From: Vicugna vicugna
Taxonomy: Eukaryota
NCBI GenBank assembly: GCA_013265495.1
Contig: MU057744.1
Coordinates: 1,887,524-1,951,523, forward strand
Reading direction: 5' to 3'
Length of the DNA: 64,000 nucleotides
Position 1 is the first letter of the stretch, and each line of letters opens with the position of its first letter. Made by a program: the position numbers and the translations under genes. The notes beneath the pieces are model-generated. The model had not been told where the DNA came from, searched no databases, and saw only the letters and a list, made by a program, of their open reading frames with translations. Below are positions 1 to 13,499 of this stretch, one piece after another.

Positions 1-894
1 GGTGGAGGCTAGGAGAGGGCTGTAATGGGAAACAAACCCAGAAGTGTTTCTTTCTCTATTTCTGTATTCTCTGAGTGCCTTCAAATGCTTAGGGAGAGAG
101 ACTAACTCAAAATCACACGTATGAAGTAGAAAATTGCAAATGGTATTAAGGAGAGCAGAGGATACGGGGAGTTTATCCAGTTGACAGGCCGCAAAGGCTG
201 ATCTGATGAAGCGCCACTGCCCTGTGGCCTGCGGGAGGAGTGGTGGGAAGAGCATCTCAGACCGAGGGAACGGCACAGACGAAGCCTGTGGTGTGGGTGG
301 ACAGGGTGAGAGGAGAAACTTGCCGAAGGCCAGAAGGCTGAGGGGACAGAACTGGGAGGTGGGCTTTGAGGAGGCCAGACAGAAGAACTTCTTGCAGGTA
401 GGTAAGGGGCAGTGGGACTTCGTGCTCAGTCAGAGTGTGAGTTTGTAGTCGCTGCTTTTTACATCTCAGTTTCATGCCTAGAAAGCAGGGATGATGGCGC
501 CTCCCATACAGAGTGGTTGCTGAGACACGTGCAATGGCTGCATGTCAGTCACTCACGTGTAGTGGAAACTCAGTACATGGTCATCATTGCTTATTTTGAA
601 ACCTACTGGGGACCAAACTGCATTAGATGACAATTTAAGGGCATTTCATTTTGAGAAAATATTGAGACTAATTCTAAACCATTGAAAATTAGGTGTGTTT
701 TCCATACTCACACACACACGTACTGCAGAGTGGAACTTGAGAGGCAGGCAGACTGGAGTGGAGCTGATGGCATGGCTGTGGCTGTTGGGGACTTGTTGCA
801 TGTGGCCAGAACTCTGCTGTTGCAAAGACTCGGCACTCACCCATCCCCCGGAAGATTCCACTGTGTAGATCTGTTTTCTTTTCCTTTCTTTCAG

Positions 895-1016
895 GTCGTT
901 CTTCCTTTAATTGATCAGTATTTCAAAAACCATCGTTTATACTTCTTATCTGCAGCAAGCAGACCTCTCTGTTCTGGAGGACATGCTTCAAACAAAGAGA
1001 AAGAAATGGTGACTAG
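895..1016 (+). CDS. RYR2: RYR2 exon ~62 (122 nt) [40 protein letters not shown](S)
   Basis: Pyrimidine tract + tcag acceptor; AG|gtaaac donor; RyR2 peptide. Confidence 0.97.
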
Positions 1017-1779
1017 GTAAACGGCTCTAAAAAATAAAGACTGTGGTTTGAGTGAAGTGTCTTTGCATTTGAGAAGGAGCATCTCAGGATCCTGGAGTAG
1101 GTGCAGCCTACTCCCGGCTCCTGGCCCCGTGGAGTCAAACACTAGGGGAGGACAGTTTGGGCAAGTAAATACATGTGTTCAAGGTGTTGTGTTTTCTTGA
1201 ATTTGACTGCTAAATGTAATGCTGGACAGAAGGAATAAGACACCCAATCCAGGATCTGTAAGTGGAGGCTGGAGATGCATCACCGTATTAGTATGTTTGA
1301 TAAATGATGCTTTTAGAATTGGCCTCTTTAAAATTTATTCAAATCTGGTATTTTTGCCAGCATGTATTTTTCTGGAGGGCAAAATCTCATTTACAGAAAT
1401 TATAATTGTAATCTTTAAAAAAAATGACTAATCTTGGAATGAAATGCAGTAAACTTACGTACCTTCTGGAGGCTTCCCCTCACGCCACTCGAGCCAGCGT
1501 CCTAGCGATGCCTTCTCAGTTCTGTTTAAACCCAAGTATGTTTTAGAGATTTAGCTGTGATTGTGCTGGGGTTATCAAGTCTAAGTCCTCAGAATTCTGC
1601 CAGAATGTCGTATACGTGAGAATCAATGACTGAGAAAGTCCGCTTCTGGGGTTACACTGGGCAGGAGTTCACACCGAGCTTTTAGACTGGATCTGAAAGG
1701 AGTTTCTGTGACAGTGATGCCCTGTCATAAAGCAGAATGCAGGCTCTCCTATGACCTTACCTTTTTTTCCTTTTTTTTA

Positions 1780-1960
1780 GTTATCTATTACTATTTAGCA
1801 ATACTACCACAAGTTCAGTGTCTTTAAAGGACCTACATTGATTATCTCACAGTGTGTGTAGGTCTGGACCCTGGGCACAGTTTGACCAGGTCCTCTTTAA
1901 GGCTGCAGTCAAGGTCTTGACCAGGCCTGAGCTGTCATCAGCAGCCTCTCGCCTGGAGAA
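1780..1960. mobile_element. MaLR LTR fragment (MLT1-like)
   Basis: actaccacaagttcagtg...attatctcacagt...ggctgcagtcaaggt motifs typical of MLT1; boundaries approximate. Confidence 0.6.
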
Positions 1961-3149
1961 CAAAACTCTTTTTTTTTTCTTAAGGCCTTTTTTTAGCGCG
2001 TTTTAGGTTCATAGCATGGACTTGACTTTAATGATATGCGGAGGGGCAGTGCAGGACCAACCTGCTGGACAGGGGAGAGGAGACCGACAGTCTGTGACCA
2101 CAGGGAAAGTAAGACCCCACGTTCACTGGGGGCAGGATGTGCAGCTTATCTCTGCTCAGATTTACTGTTTTACCAGCCAGTAAGTAGCCAGCCATGTGAT
2201 GTAGGACTGCAGCGGCATTATAAATGTTTCCAAACTTCTTCAAATAAGCATCATCCTGTGAAGCTGATAAAATTGATTATAGTTAAAATATCAGAGAATC
2301 CATCGCAGTGACGTACTTTGTTTCCACAAACTCCGTTTCCCAGAAGGAAAAGGAAGGAGGAGCTACTTTCCAAGGTGCAGACCCCCTCTCCCTCCCCACT
2401 TCGGCACGGCCTTCTTTCCTTCTCCCCAGGGGAGAGAGCACCCGTCCCTTCTTGTCCCACACGCGCACTCACCCACGTGGCTGCCCAGCGGCCCCCGTGG
2501 GCTGGCCTGGGTAGCCAGACAGTGCCATGGCACCAAGCTACCATCAGACCTTTGGGAGCCTGCAGTATCTCCGAGTCTTCCCTGGCTCCGGTTAGCCTTC
2601 TGTAACAGAAACTTTGTTCCTAGTGAGTGTTGTCAATTGAATGACAATTACATAAATCGAGAGAAAATAGAGAATGTAGGAAAAAATGCAGATAAAGCTC
2701 TGCCTGCCAATTCTGCTCCTCCCCCTCCTCCCGTTGTGCTTTGTTGTCACTGTTCAGTGTTCAGGCTCACGCTCAGAACTAGTAACTAACCTCAGATGTA
2801 ACTGATTTCCCTTACCAGCTGTATCCCTCCCAGAGCGAGTCAGCCGGCACCACTCTGTGCTAGCCTCCGCCTGTGGTCTGGGGCCTCCCCCACCCTCCGA
2901 TAGCATTGCCCCCGTTTTTAATGATTTCGTCTCCATAGTTTTCTTTACCTCTTGGAAAGGGGTTGGTAAATTTTACTTCTCCCACGAGCACTTTCAAAAA
3001 AGGAAGATATGCCATTAAAATTTCAGCGCACGGGAACGCCTAATAACAGAAGTAACTCATTTCTTTACAGTAATTTAATGCCAAACATAGGGAGAATTTA
3101 ACCTCAGAAAAATTCAGGACTTATAAAATGAGTAAGGTGATGATAAATA

Positions 3150-3420
3150 AATTACAGTACATGTTGTTCAGTCATTAAAATAATGAGGGCTACAAATACA
3201 TAATATCTTAGGAAGATGATCATGTAAGAAATAAAATACATGTTCAAGTGGCATCAATCTGGATTTTTTAAAAACCCTAAATTTGTATGTGTAGAAAAAT
3301 ATTGGTAAGGAATAAACTTAATAGTCATTTCCTTTGGGTAGTGCATTATAGATTTTGTATTACTATTTTACGTGTTTCACAAATTTTTTAAATAACAAAA
3401 ATCTTGCTTTTACAATCCAA
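3150..3420 (+). mobile_element. Ancient L1 (L1ME-like) 3' end fragment
   Basis: AT-rich L1 3'UTR-like motifs (cagtcattaaaa...tagtcatttcctttgggtag); approximate. Confidence 0.45.
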
Positions 3421-3949
3421 AGAATGCATTTCAGAACAACCAATATTTGTTTGGTATGTTGATATGGAATCACTGAAATTTATAAATCCCTGATTTCTTA
3501 GCACTTTAGTTAAATATAACGTCAGTGAGGAAAACAGGTGAAAAATAGGGTAAAATAGGTAATTTTACAAAGCCCACCCAAACTGGCCCTGCTGCCTTGA
3601 GCAGACAGGCATACCCCCGTACCCACGCTGAGCGCTGTGGTGAGCAGTTTCAGTTCGTATTTTACGTGTGTGCAGCAGCCGTCGTGGGTCTAAGCTAACT
3701 TCTCCACCGTCAGACCCAGGTTGCTCCTGTTAGTTGTTTAGATTCGGGCACCAGGAATTACGTTTCGAGCAGTCACTGTGCTTAAAGTCAGTGCGCTCGT
3801 GTCTACAAAGAGGAGTGCGGGGGGTCTCCGCACTCAGGAGTGTACCCGGCGGGGCGCAGTCTATGAGGATACTGTTGCAACCGCAAAGAGCCGGCAAGCG
3901 CTGTGTGATTCGCAGTAAAGCAAGGCCACCTCGGGTGGGTATGGACGGG

Positions 3950-5400
3950 CCAGGGAGTCACAGAAGTCAGGACATCCAGAGTGGAGCTTAAGGACTGTGT
4001 AGGTCGGAGATCAAGAAAGGCGGATCGTTTTTGGTGTCAGTAGCAGCGTGAAGTGTGGAAGCCGGTGATTTCGGGGAAATCCGGGTTCTGTGGGTTCACC
4101 GTGGAACACTGATTGATAGTGACTGCCAGAATAGTGTCTTAACATCTTTTTCCATTTTACTTTTTAAGAATTTGTTTCGACTTAATTCGTTAGCTCTAAG
4201 ACACCGTGGAAGCTCTTTAGATGGAAGAGGGGGCTGGGCTGGCAGCAGGAGTGGATATGGGAGTCGGAGGGCGAGGGCGCGGAGGCCACACGCGGTGCGG
4301 CTGCTGTCACCCACGCGCTACCTCGGGGGCGCTGCCCAGGGCTTTGTTCAGCTCAAGTCCTGAGAGCCTGCCGTGTGCAAGGCGCTGCCCCAGGTCTGCA
4401 GGTAAACACACACGCGGCAGCACGGTTCCTGACTTCGGTGGACTTAGACGTACAGCTGAGGGGACACATCTGTGTAGACTGGCCACGTGCCGCGCTACGA
4501 TGAGAGTGGGGGGAGCGCACAAGTGCTGGGAGCGCAGTGCAGGTGCCCGCGCGGAGGGGCTGGGCGCGAGAAGCGCGGGGGAGTCAGCTCAACTGGGCAG
4601 TGAGCCCTGTCCAGACAGGAAGGAGGCAGCCAAGCCCGTGCTGACGCTTCAGTGCTGAGGGGCTGAAACAATGCTGGTGTCACTGGCAAAACCAGGAAAC
4701 TTCGAAAGGACTAGTTTTGAGACGAAGAGGTTACACTTGGCTCGAGAGGTATTTATGGGGGTGTAAGGACTGACGGGTCGTTCAGCTGGAGGGCTCCAGC
4801 AGGCAGTGGGAAGCAGGTGTTTGGTGTTGGTGGAGAGATGGGGGCAAGAAATGGCACATTTGGGGATGACCTGTGCCCGTCTAAGGCTCAGAGCTCTGAA
4901 AGCAGATGAAGCCAACGGAGAAGCTGAGGGAAGCAAAAAGCTTTCTGGGAACCGAAACTCGGAGAATCTTCCTACTTCTGGAGCGCTTTCACAAGTGGAT
5001 CTTTGAAGAATTTAGAGAACGTTAATTGCAGAGGAAGGGAAAGATTACTGTGAAACAGAATCCAGGGCTTCGGCTTCACAGATTTAAGTAGTTAGTGATG
5101 CCACGTGTGGCAGAGAGCTCTCCAGGACGGAGGCTGGCAAAGCAGTGATTAGCTGTGGGGTCCAGACGGTCTTGAGGACTTGGGGGAGCGTTTCAGCACA
5201 GCAGTGAGGTGGAGGGCAAGCCCACAAGGCAAGGAGTCGCTGAGGAAACTGCAGATGTGTTATGAATTCTTCATGTTAGTCATGAAGGGAGAGAGGAAGG
5301 GATGATGGGGTTCTGGAAGATACTTTTAGAGAAACTGTGCGCCAAAGCTGATGATAACCAGACCTTCTAGTCTGTGCAGAAACTGCAGCTGAAGGGAGAT
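3950..5400 (-). mobile_element. Degenerate L2 LINE relic
   Basis: Purine-rich antisense L2-like texture; family and limits approximate. Confidence 0.4.
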
Positions 5401-7529
5401 GGCGCAGGAGGGAGACACAGTTTCTTCTGTGAGGACCTAGCTTTCTGTGTGTCTGCATTTCTCTCTGGTGGCACGGCTGCTGCTAATTAGGAACAGCTAG
5501 GTGTTGTAAGAATTCATTTCCTCTGACAGATTCTCAGACATAAATGTGATCCAACAAAATGGGACACAGAGCAGTTCCGTTTTCTATCATCACAGAACAT
5601 CCTAGGTCTAGATTAACTGGGTTAAAACATAATCCCAGTATTACAAATTCAGCATCATCTCAGAATGTTGCACCCCGGATGGTGAAGGGTGCCAATTAGT
5701 CAGAAGGAAAAGATGCTGCTTCAAACAGACAGGAGCCCAGGACTCCAGAGGGCACAGCTCCAAGGTGGGCTGACTCCCTGTGGATGGAGACAGGGCCTTG
5801 CTGAGTTAACGTGCATGCAGCTCGGTGGATGAGGGCCCCTGGAGAACCTGGCTTGTTTCATTGTCTTTGAGTGTTTAAATGATAGCATGAAGATAAATAT
5901 GCAGCTCAGAGGCTAATGTCTAATCTGATGTCTAACATCTACTCAAATAGATTATTGTTTTTTTAAAAAATAGCAGTGATAAGAGATTTCCCAAGACGTG
6001 AAATTCACTTAAGCACTTGCTGATGAATGTTTTCTTGGAGAAGCCATGCAATGCCCTATATGACTGATTTTCATCCATAGATTATCTCCCACTGTTACTG
6101 AAGTGAGAGATAATGGCCAGAACTCACTGTAAGAGCGGTCAGCATCACAGATGTCACTGTCTCCTTGCTCCTGTGCTACTGCGAGCAGTTGCCTTCAGTT
6201 TTTTCCCATGGCACAGCCCGTGTCCCCAGTCCTGAGTGTGCACCTGCCCACTGCTGGGACTCGGTGAGCTCTGCAGGGGAGGGTGGGGCCATCGGGACGT
6301 AGCTGTCGTCACGGTGGGAAAACCGAGCCGAGCATGGGCGCTGCTACACAAGTGGATTGTCAGGGTTAGCATTTGGGGGAGCTCTGACTGGAGGCCCGTG
6401 CACTCCAAGTGTTAGGAAGAGTGTGGGTAGCTGTGGGCCTGGTGTCAGTGGTGACGTGGGAGGTTGCCTGTCATGGGCCTGGCTGGGAGGGGCTTTTCTC
6501 AGCTTGGGTTGGGAGCGCTGAAGGAGCACCAGGAGTTAGAAGAGGTTTCTCAGAAGAAATGTGTCCTGAGCTGGACCCGCAGGGGCGTGTAGAAGGGCCT
6601 GGAGCAGGAAGTGAGGGGCATGTGTTCCTGAAAATAGGGCCCGACAAGGCGCCCGCCAGACAGGCCTGGGGACGGACAGGACAGGACAGCAGCAGGTGGT
6701 GCCCCGGCTCTGGGTCCTGCCGTGAGCAGCAGTGCCCACCGGTGCCCTCCTGCTGACGCGGGACGCTGGGCACCGTACTGGGCACCGTACTGGAAGTGGC
6801 CCGCTGGTGACCGCCAGGAAGGGCGCCAAGACCCAGGAACTCGCTGGTCGTCAGCTCCTGCGTCAGCACGAGAAGCCCTTTCATAGCCCACCTGTAAGGT
6901 TTTCTCTGAGTCGTCACTATCAGCTGTTTATATTCTGTCTCTAGTTCGTGGTGGTCAGATTCACTGCATGCTCTGGTATATGTGGGACAGTGTGGTCGAG
7001 GTCAGGGAGAGGGAAGTTCAAATGATAAGACGTATGAAACCTTAAAAGTAACACTTTATGCCCAAAGCACTACACTTCCGTTGTAAAGTGCTGCCCATAA
7101 GAGCAACAAAAAGGGAATTCTAGAACTTCAGTAGTGCTTTGGGGCAGATAAAACTGAATTTTTTCTTATGGTTTTCTAATTGTTATATTCTTGTGGGGTT
7201 CATATAGATTGCTTTTATATTAATTAGCTTTGCTTTTGTTTTTTTTTGGTTTCTTTACTTATAATATGTGCTTTTTTAACCATGTTTGTTAAAGATATGC
7301 ACTCAGAGACTTTCTTTAATACCTTTACTCCACCTTCTGCTCAGAGAATTGATTCTTTCTGCGTGACATCATGTTGCTTTTTCCGGCTCATGTATCAGCT
7401 GTTTATTTTTCTTTTTTCTTTCTTCTTTTTTTTTTTTTGTTTTATTTTGTTTTAATTTAATTTCTCCCTGTCTTTTCTACCTTCCCTTCCCCTTTTCCCC
7501 TTTCTCTTTTGTTTTTCTTTTGTCTTCAG

Positions 7530-7579
7530 CCTATTCTGCAAACTTGGAGTTCTTGTCAGGCATAGGATTTCACTGTTTG
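7530..7579 (+). CDS. RYR2: RYR2 exon ~63 (50 nt) (S)LFCKLGVLVRHRISLF(G)
   Basis: Long pyrimidine tract, ttcag acceptor, G|gtaagg donor; phases fit neighbours. Confidence 0.96.
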
Positions 7580-8929
7580 GTAAGGAGCCCCTTGAACAAA
7601 TACTAGCATGGCCATCACTTGGTTTTCTTTGCCATTTTTGCACCGTGTTGTGTGCTGCGATGTTGCATGGATGCACGTTTGCACGGCTGCATGCATGGTC
7701 GTCATGGGCCAAGATAAGGTCCTCAGGGTTGTCTGCAAGTAGCATTATCTGTGGTGAAATTGAAGACTGTAACTTTATACGCTAATCCAAAGCACACTTG
7801 AAAATCAAAAGATTATGTCATTAAAGAGCAAATGAATGAACATGGCATCTTCTTTCTGAAGGGAGGAGCAGAACGGGGCCCTGGAGTTTGGAGTGGCTGT
7901 TTCTGAGAGACTGAATGACGAGCTGTCACACATCAGCAGGTTCTAACTGCACTCACTTCTTTTTAGTGCTCCTGACTGCAGACCTGGTGTCGCCTGTGCG
8001 CCAGACACTGGAGCCGCAGGGTAGACAGGGAGGCCTGGGTCGGGCAAAAGCGGCTTTTCCAGCACCGCTCACCCCGAAGCCAGCTTTTGTTCATTTCTGA
8101 GAATTTGGGTAGCTCAAGTCCATGTTCCCAAACACCTGCTTTCAAACGGCCATGCGGGGCAGTCACGCACTCTCCACAGACCCTCCTCGATGTGAGGCAT
8201 TAAGACTTTAGAGCAATTGGCAGAACTTCTGTTTTACACGTTCCTGCATCAGCGTTAATAAACTGCCAAGGCGCATTTTAGCGCAGTGCTCTGTAGGTTC
8301 TGAGACAGTGTTGGGGTGACTTCAGCAAGAAAACATTCAGTGTATTGATAGAGATGCTGTGCATTCTAATCCACTCACAGGAAAAACTAAGGATCAAGTC
8401 GCTTCTTTGAAAGCCACAAGGGATAAACTGAGGAACAGGCTGATGTGCACAGTGTGTGTATGTGCACGTACGTGTACGTGTGCAAGTAGCTTTTAAGTTC
8501 TTTACAACATGACTTTTTTTGAGAAATGATAGTTTCTGGGTATGATTATTTAATGCTGTATTTGGTTTCTAATGTATGGTTACATATTAAGGAATGTTTC
8601 CCATAAATTGCCTGAATTTTTGCATTACCGTTTCAGTTTTCCTAACTTCACGTGGAAATTATCTTCAGGATGATTTCCAGTCGACTGGCTTGTGTTCGAC
8701 TTCTCTTCCAGACAGGAAAATTTCTGTGAAAACTGTTCGGACAGAACTTTCATGTGCTTTTAACCTTCTCATAAGGACGGGGGTTCAAAACTTCTTTGTC
8801 TGTCTTCAGAGTGCTCTCTGCTTGTATCTGGCTCTGTTGGAGACCCCAGAACAATACCCTGTTGTGTGTCTCTAGCTTACATACTGTGACTTCTCAGTTC
8901 CCTACGTTATGTATCTAACCATAACTTCA

Positions 8930-9160
8930 TTTTTTTAATTTTGAAATATTCTGTATACTGAGCAAAGTACACAGATCTCAAGGACAGCTGGATGGCATGG
9001 CTTGATGAATTTTTACACGCATGTGCCCGTGTTCTCAGGTCAAGACAGAACATTTTCAGCATCCCAGGAGCCTGCCTTGTGCCGTTTGCAGAGTGTAACC
9101 CTCTGCAGAGGAACTGTGTGCACACTGACCTACTGCCACTAACGTAGACTTCCGTCACCG
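8930..9160 (-). mobile_element. Ancient L1 3' end fragment
   Basis: ttttaattttgaaatatt...aagtacacagatctcaag...gatgaattttt...caggtcaagacagaacattttcagcatccc pattern. Confidence 0.55.
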
Positions 9161-9624
9161 TGTATTCATCCTGCCTGGGGTTTAATCTCCTTTTTTCCCC
9201 TCCAACGATGTTAAGGGTTCAGTGATTGAAGATAAATGCATAGTATAACTTGTCGTACCGGTCAGAGGAGAACTGGGTTTTAACATTCGTTCCATCTCTC
9301 TGTGACTCTGATATTTCACTTAGGCACTGCATATTAAACCCCTTTGCCTTTAAATACTGTTATTTTTGTTTTTAACAGGAATTTATTGGAGAGCTACTAT
9401 GTGTCTTTGTCTCAAAAGCGTATTTTAATGCATTCTTTCTATTCTAGTGTCTTATTGTTTCAAATTTGCTTTGGCATTTGCCTGTAAAACTTTAAGAATT
9501 CTTTATTAATCAAACATACTGTAATACAGATGCATCAGAGTATTAGCATATTTAAGTCTTACACACGTAAACTTCGCATGTTACGGTTATAACTGGGCTT
9601 TCGACGTTCACATGATGTCCTGGA

Positions 9625-9812
9625 TCAGGAAAAGCCCACTTGTAAGTCCTAGATCTGTAACTAAACCAGCTGAATGATTTGGACAAGGACTTAACTTTTC
9701 TGAACCTTTTAAAAAATTTTAAAATAGGTTAAAGTAACTACTAACTTGAGAGATCTGTTGCATGTGTCGAGTCTCATGGGAGGTGATGAATGCTGAAGTG
9801 CTATGTAAGCTG
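9625..9812 (+). mobile_element. MIR SINE
   Basis: agctgaatgatttggacaaggacttaacttttctgaacct MIR core. Confidence 0.55.
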
Positions 9813-11479
9813 CAGCCGCACAGCTTTCAAATCTGAGGTATTCCTAGTCTTGTTTGCAAGCTGTTATTTAGATAAATCAGATGACAGACCGACTGCACTA
9901 GGGGGCTTGGCTGTTTAAAGCACGAGCGCAGTGAAGCCTTCATGACATAGCATTCCCAGACGGAAGCAGGAGTCTTGCTGCCAAGCACGTCCCTTCTGAA
10001 GGCCCAGTGCTGCCGCTGGTGTCCCTAGTGGGGCCTGACAGCATGCATGCCGCGGTCTTTTGTAGACAGGCATATTAATCTCTCATTTTCTCTTTCGTCC
10101 TACTTTCACATTATATTTTTTTTCTATATTCTGGCAGACAGTTAACAGATGATTACATGTTTTTCCTGTACTTAGTTCAAAAAATTGCTCGTGACCTAAC
10201 CTAAGAATAAATTAAGACAGAAGTGAAGGTTGAGGTTAACAAAGAAATACTTGGGCTTCGTGTTGGTGAGCGAAAGTAACAGATATGGGAAGAGACCCAC
10301 TGACCTTCCGCATGTCAGGAGGGTGGGGTCGGAGACAGGAGGAGCAGTGAAGTCAAATGAGCTGAGGACCAGCAATGGAATGTTTATTCCAAGGTGGCTG
10401 TCAGATTGCAGTTAAATGCCCAAACCTCATCTCTAGTTCCAAGATTTTTTCCAATCTGTAAAACGAGGATTCCCAAATCGTGGACTTCTGTATTTGTATT
10501 TATCTTTTATCTACTTTATTTTCTATACATTGAAGCACACTAAGAACTAAAGAGATTAATTATGTTTTTATGCCTCATGAATTCTTTTTAAGGTGTTTAA
10601 ATCACTTCATTTTATATTGGAAAAAGGTGGGGTTTTTTTAAATGAGGAAGGAGCCACATTCCTTAGAGAACAGTAGTTCTGGTGTCTCTATTAAAACATT
10701 TTATGGGAAAAAATAGTAAGGAAGATGGCGTCTGTGTTATATGTAGACGTCCCACTGAACTCTGAAATGTTTGCTGGTGATCACAGGTCGGTGCATGCCT
10801 GTATTTTGGAAGGTCAGTTAGGACTGGATGACCCAGGCAGGTTGACGAAGGAGAAGGACATACCTTTTTCAGGGACACATTGTGAGCAACAAAATATTGC
10901 TTTTAATCCCACCACTTCCCCTGCCTTTGCTAGATGGAAATTCTGGTTCTCTAACTGCCTAATTTTAAGGCAATCAGAGAATACTTAAGTCCTACTATTA
11001 CAGCTCACTTAAGACTTTGTCACTTTTAGAGGAAGGAGAATCTGGTAACCAGAGCTCCAGCAGGAATAGCGCAGGTGCATGTGTGTCAAGACCTCTTCAG
11101 GGCCGTATTTTCACATGTGTGAATGAATCTCCTGCCGTAATGACATTCAGGTTAGGCACTCAGTCAATAAACATCTGTGTTTGCTGTGTGTGAGGCATCC
11201 TCTTAGGCTGTGAGGATGAAAAAACGAAGCTTTCTCTCCCTCTTCACCGCCGCCACCGCAGGCTGATGCCCGGGTGTCTCCCACCTGCCCTCCTCCGAGA
11301 ACGAACGCACTAACCCTTCTCCCCTCTCGGCTGTGCTCCAGAGCCATCCCCCCACCCCATCACCGCGTGGCTCCGTGTGTCCAGTGGCCTCCCCCTTCTG
11401 TAGAGCAAACCTGAGGACCCTTCACCTGGCCCGCTGGTGTCCCATCACCTCCCACTACGTACCACGCATCCTCGTTTCC

Positions 11480-11890
11480 CAGCATGCTCTCGTTTCCTCA
11501 TTATGCCTCAGCTTAAATGGCCTCTCTGCTTCTTGAGTGTGTCCTGTTCCTTCTTGTCTTTGCATGTGCTGCAATGGCTGCCTGGAACAGGATCCCAGAC
11601 ACCCCCCCCCCCCCCCCCAACTCATCCTTCAGATTTCAGCCTGGATGCTGCTGTCTCGGGAAGTCCATCCCTGACCTCCCTGGGGACACTCTCTCCTGCT
11701 ACTGTGATATGTCCTCATAGCTCTGCGTACCTGGCCTTCACCTCTCTGGTCAGGTCACCTGGTAATGTCTCTCTCTGGCACCAACTCTCAGCTCTTGGAC
11801 GGATTATTTTGTTATCCTCAGCACCTAGCAGGAAGTCTGAGGCACACACAGTGCTGTTCTATAAATATCTGATGACTGAATGAATCAACC
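11480..11890 (+). mobile_element. L2 3' end
   Basis: Ends cagcacctagcag...ataaatatctgatgactgaatgaat (L2 tail). Confidence 0.55.
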
Positions 11891-13499
11891 AACCAGGTCC
11901 TACCTTTAAGAAAAGATAGATAAGTCAGCAGATGTTTCCTACAGTGAGATAAGCTGTCAATTTGGGATTTTCTTACATTCAAGAAAAATGTAGTATCCAC
12001 TTGTCTTACAATTTCGAGAATCACTTTTTTAAAATTCCTTAAACAATCCATGAAGACACTTAGGGCACTTCCATTGAAAAGGAAATGACACATAATTGAT
12101 GACTCTTCGAACAGAAAGATCCGTAAACTCTACCAACAGTGACGCTTTCAGTTTAAGGAACTATTGGAGAAGGCTGGCACAAACTAGCCATCATTTAAAG
12201 GCCTTTTCTACCTTCCTGTTTTCTGGTGAGTTGTTAATGTTAATTAGCAAGCTGGTTAATTGTCCAGAGACTCCCCAGACTTACTGGAGAATGTCTGCAT
12301 TTGGTGACAGACTTGTAGGAACGTGGGGAATAGAGCAAGCTTTTGGCAGCACAAGGAGTGTAGTGTCCATGTTCCTTCTGGTGACCTCGGTGTCCCCGGA
12401 GCTCAGCAGGTCCACACCGTTCGTGCAGACCGCTCCAGCGTTCGCTGCAGGAACGTTGGACGAGACAAGTATTAGCATGTGTTTAAATGAAGCGGTAGGT
12501 CTTGCTAAAATATTTATTTTTCTCCAAGGTGAGTATGATTTGTTGTTATTATTTAGAGAGTTGTGCTATTGTATGAGAGTTGGTAACAATGGTTTTAAAA
12601 ACCCAGTGCTTGCTGTCTGTTGTTAGATTCAGGTGTGAGCTGTGATTTTCATCCTGTACCTTTTATGCTTGCGCACACACACTGATGCAAACACACAGGT
12701 CTTAAATAGGCACTCCTTAAGCATTTGGAGGAAGTAGCTTGAATCTTGAAAAAACTAAGTTGAAAGTATCAAACTTTTGGTTTTTATGCTACTCAGAGCA
12801 GTTAAGAAGTTACAGATAGTAAAGAACACGGAAATACAGTCATCACTGTAAAATTTTACCATCTCTCTGCCCTCTGACTGGCCTTCCTGCTCTCGCTGAC
12901 AGGTGACTGGTGTTTCGGTTGTGTGCTCTGGCTGGCCTCGAGAAGGGCTGTGTTCATAGTCCTGTGCTGGTTTTCCCTCACTGCGTGCTGTGTCTCTTCA
13001 AGACTAGCCATCAGTTCAGGCTTTTACACGTGCCAAGAACACTGGTGCTTTTGCTTGGCCTACACATGAGAATGCTGAGGATTCAGTTAATACTTTCTCC
13101 GCACCCCTTAGGGTCCCTTCGCACCCTTTTTACAGTGAGGTGCCTCCATTTGGAGCTGTCCTGTACCTGACCTGGGGTGTGCCGAGGTGCGCAGATGAAT
13201 GAGCTCATGGGTGTGTGCCGTGAGCCATCACAGAAGTCTCACACTCACCGGACACGTTTTCATCTGACCCACAGAACGTGTCTGGCCACCAATGCCCCTT
13301 CCTCTTGGTCTCACTCACTTCCCGCCGTCAGCCACGAACACTTCCCTGAGCGCCTGCTTGTACCAGGCACTCTCCGGGGTGCCGGGCTGCACCTCACGAG
13401 CTCCTACAAATGGAAGTTTAAACCACCCGCCTCCTTTGGGAAAAGGCCTGCGTAGGCCCAGTACAAAGTACAAGCGCCGGTCATCCATATGAAGGGACA

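Noticed and set aside
11602..11618. C17 homopolymer; also short tandem duplications at ~6767-6793 and ~56973-56996 and an A-run at ~14242-14261
   Set aside because: Ordinary slippage-derived simple repeats
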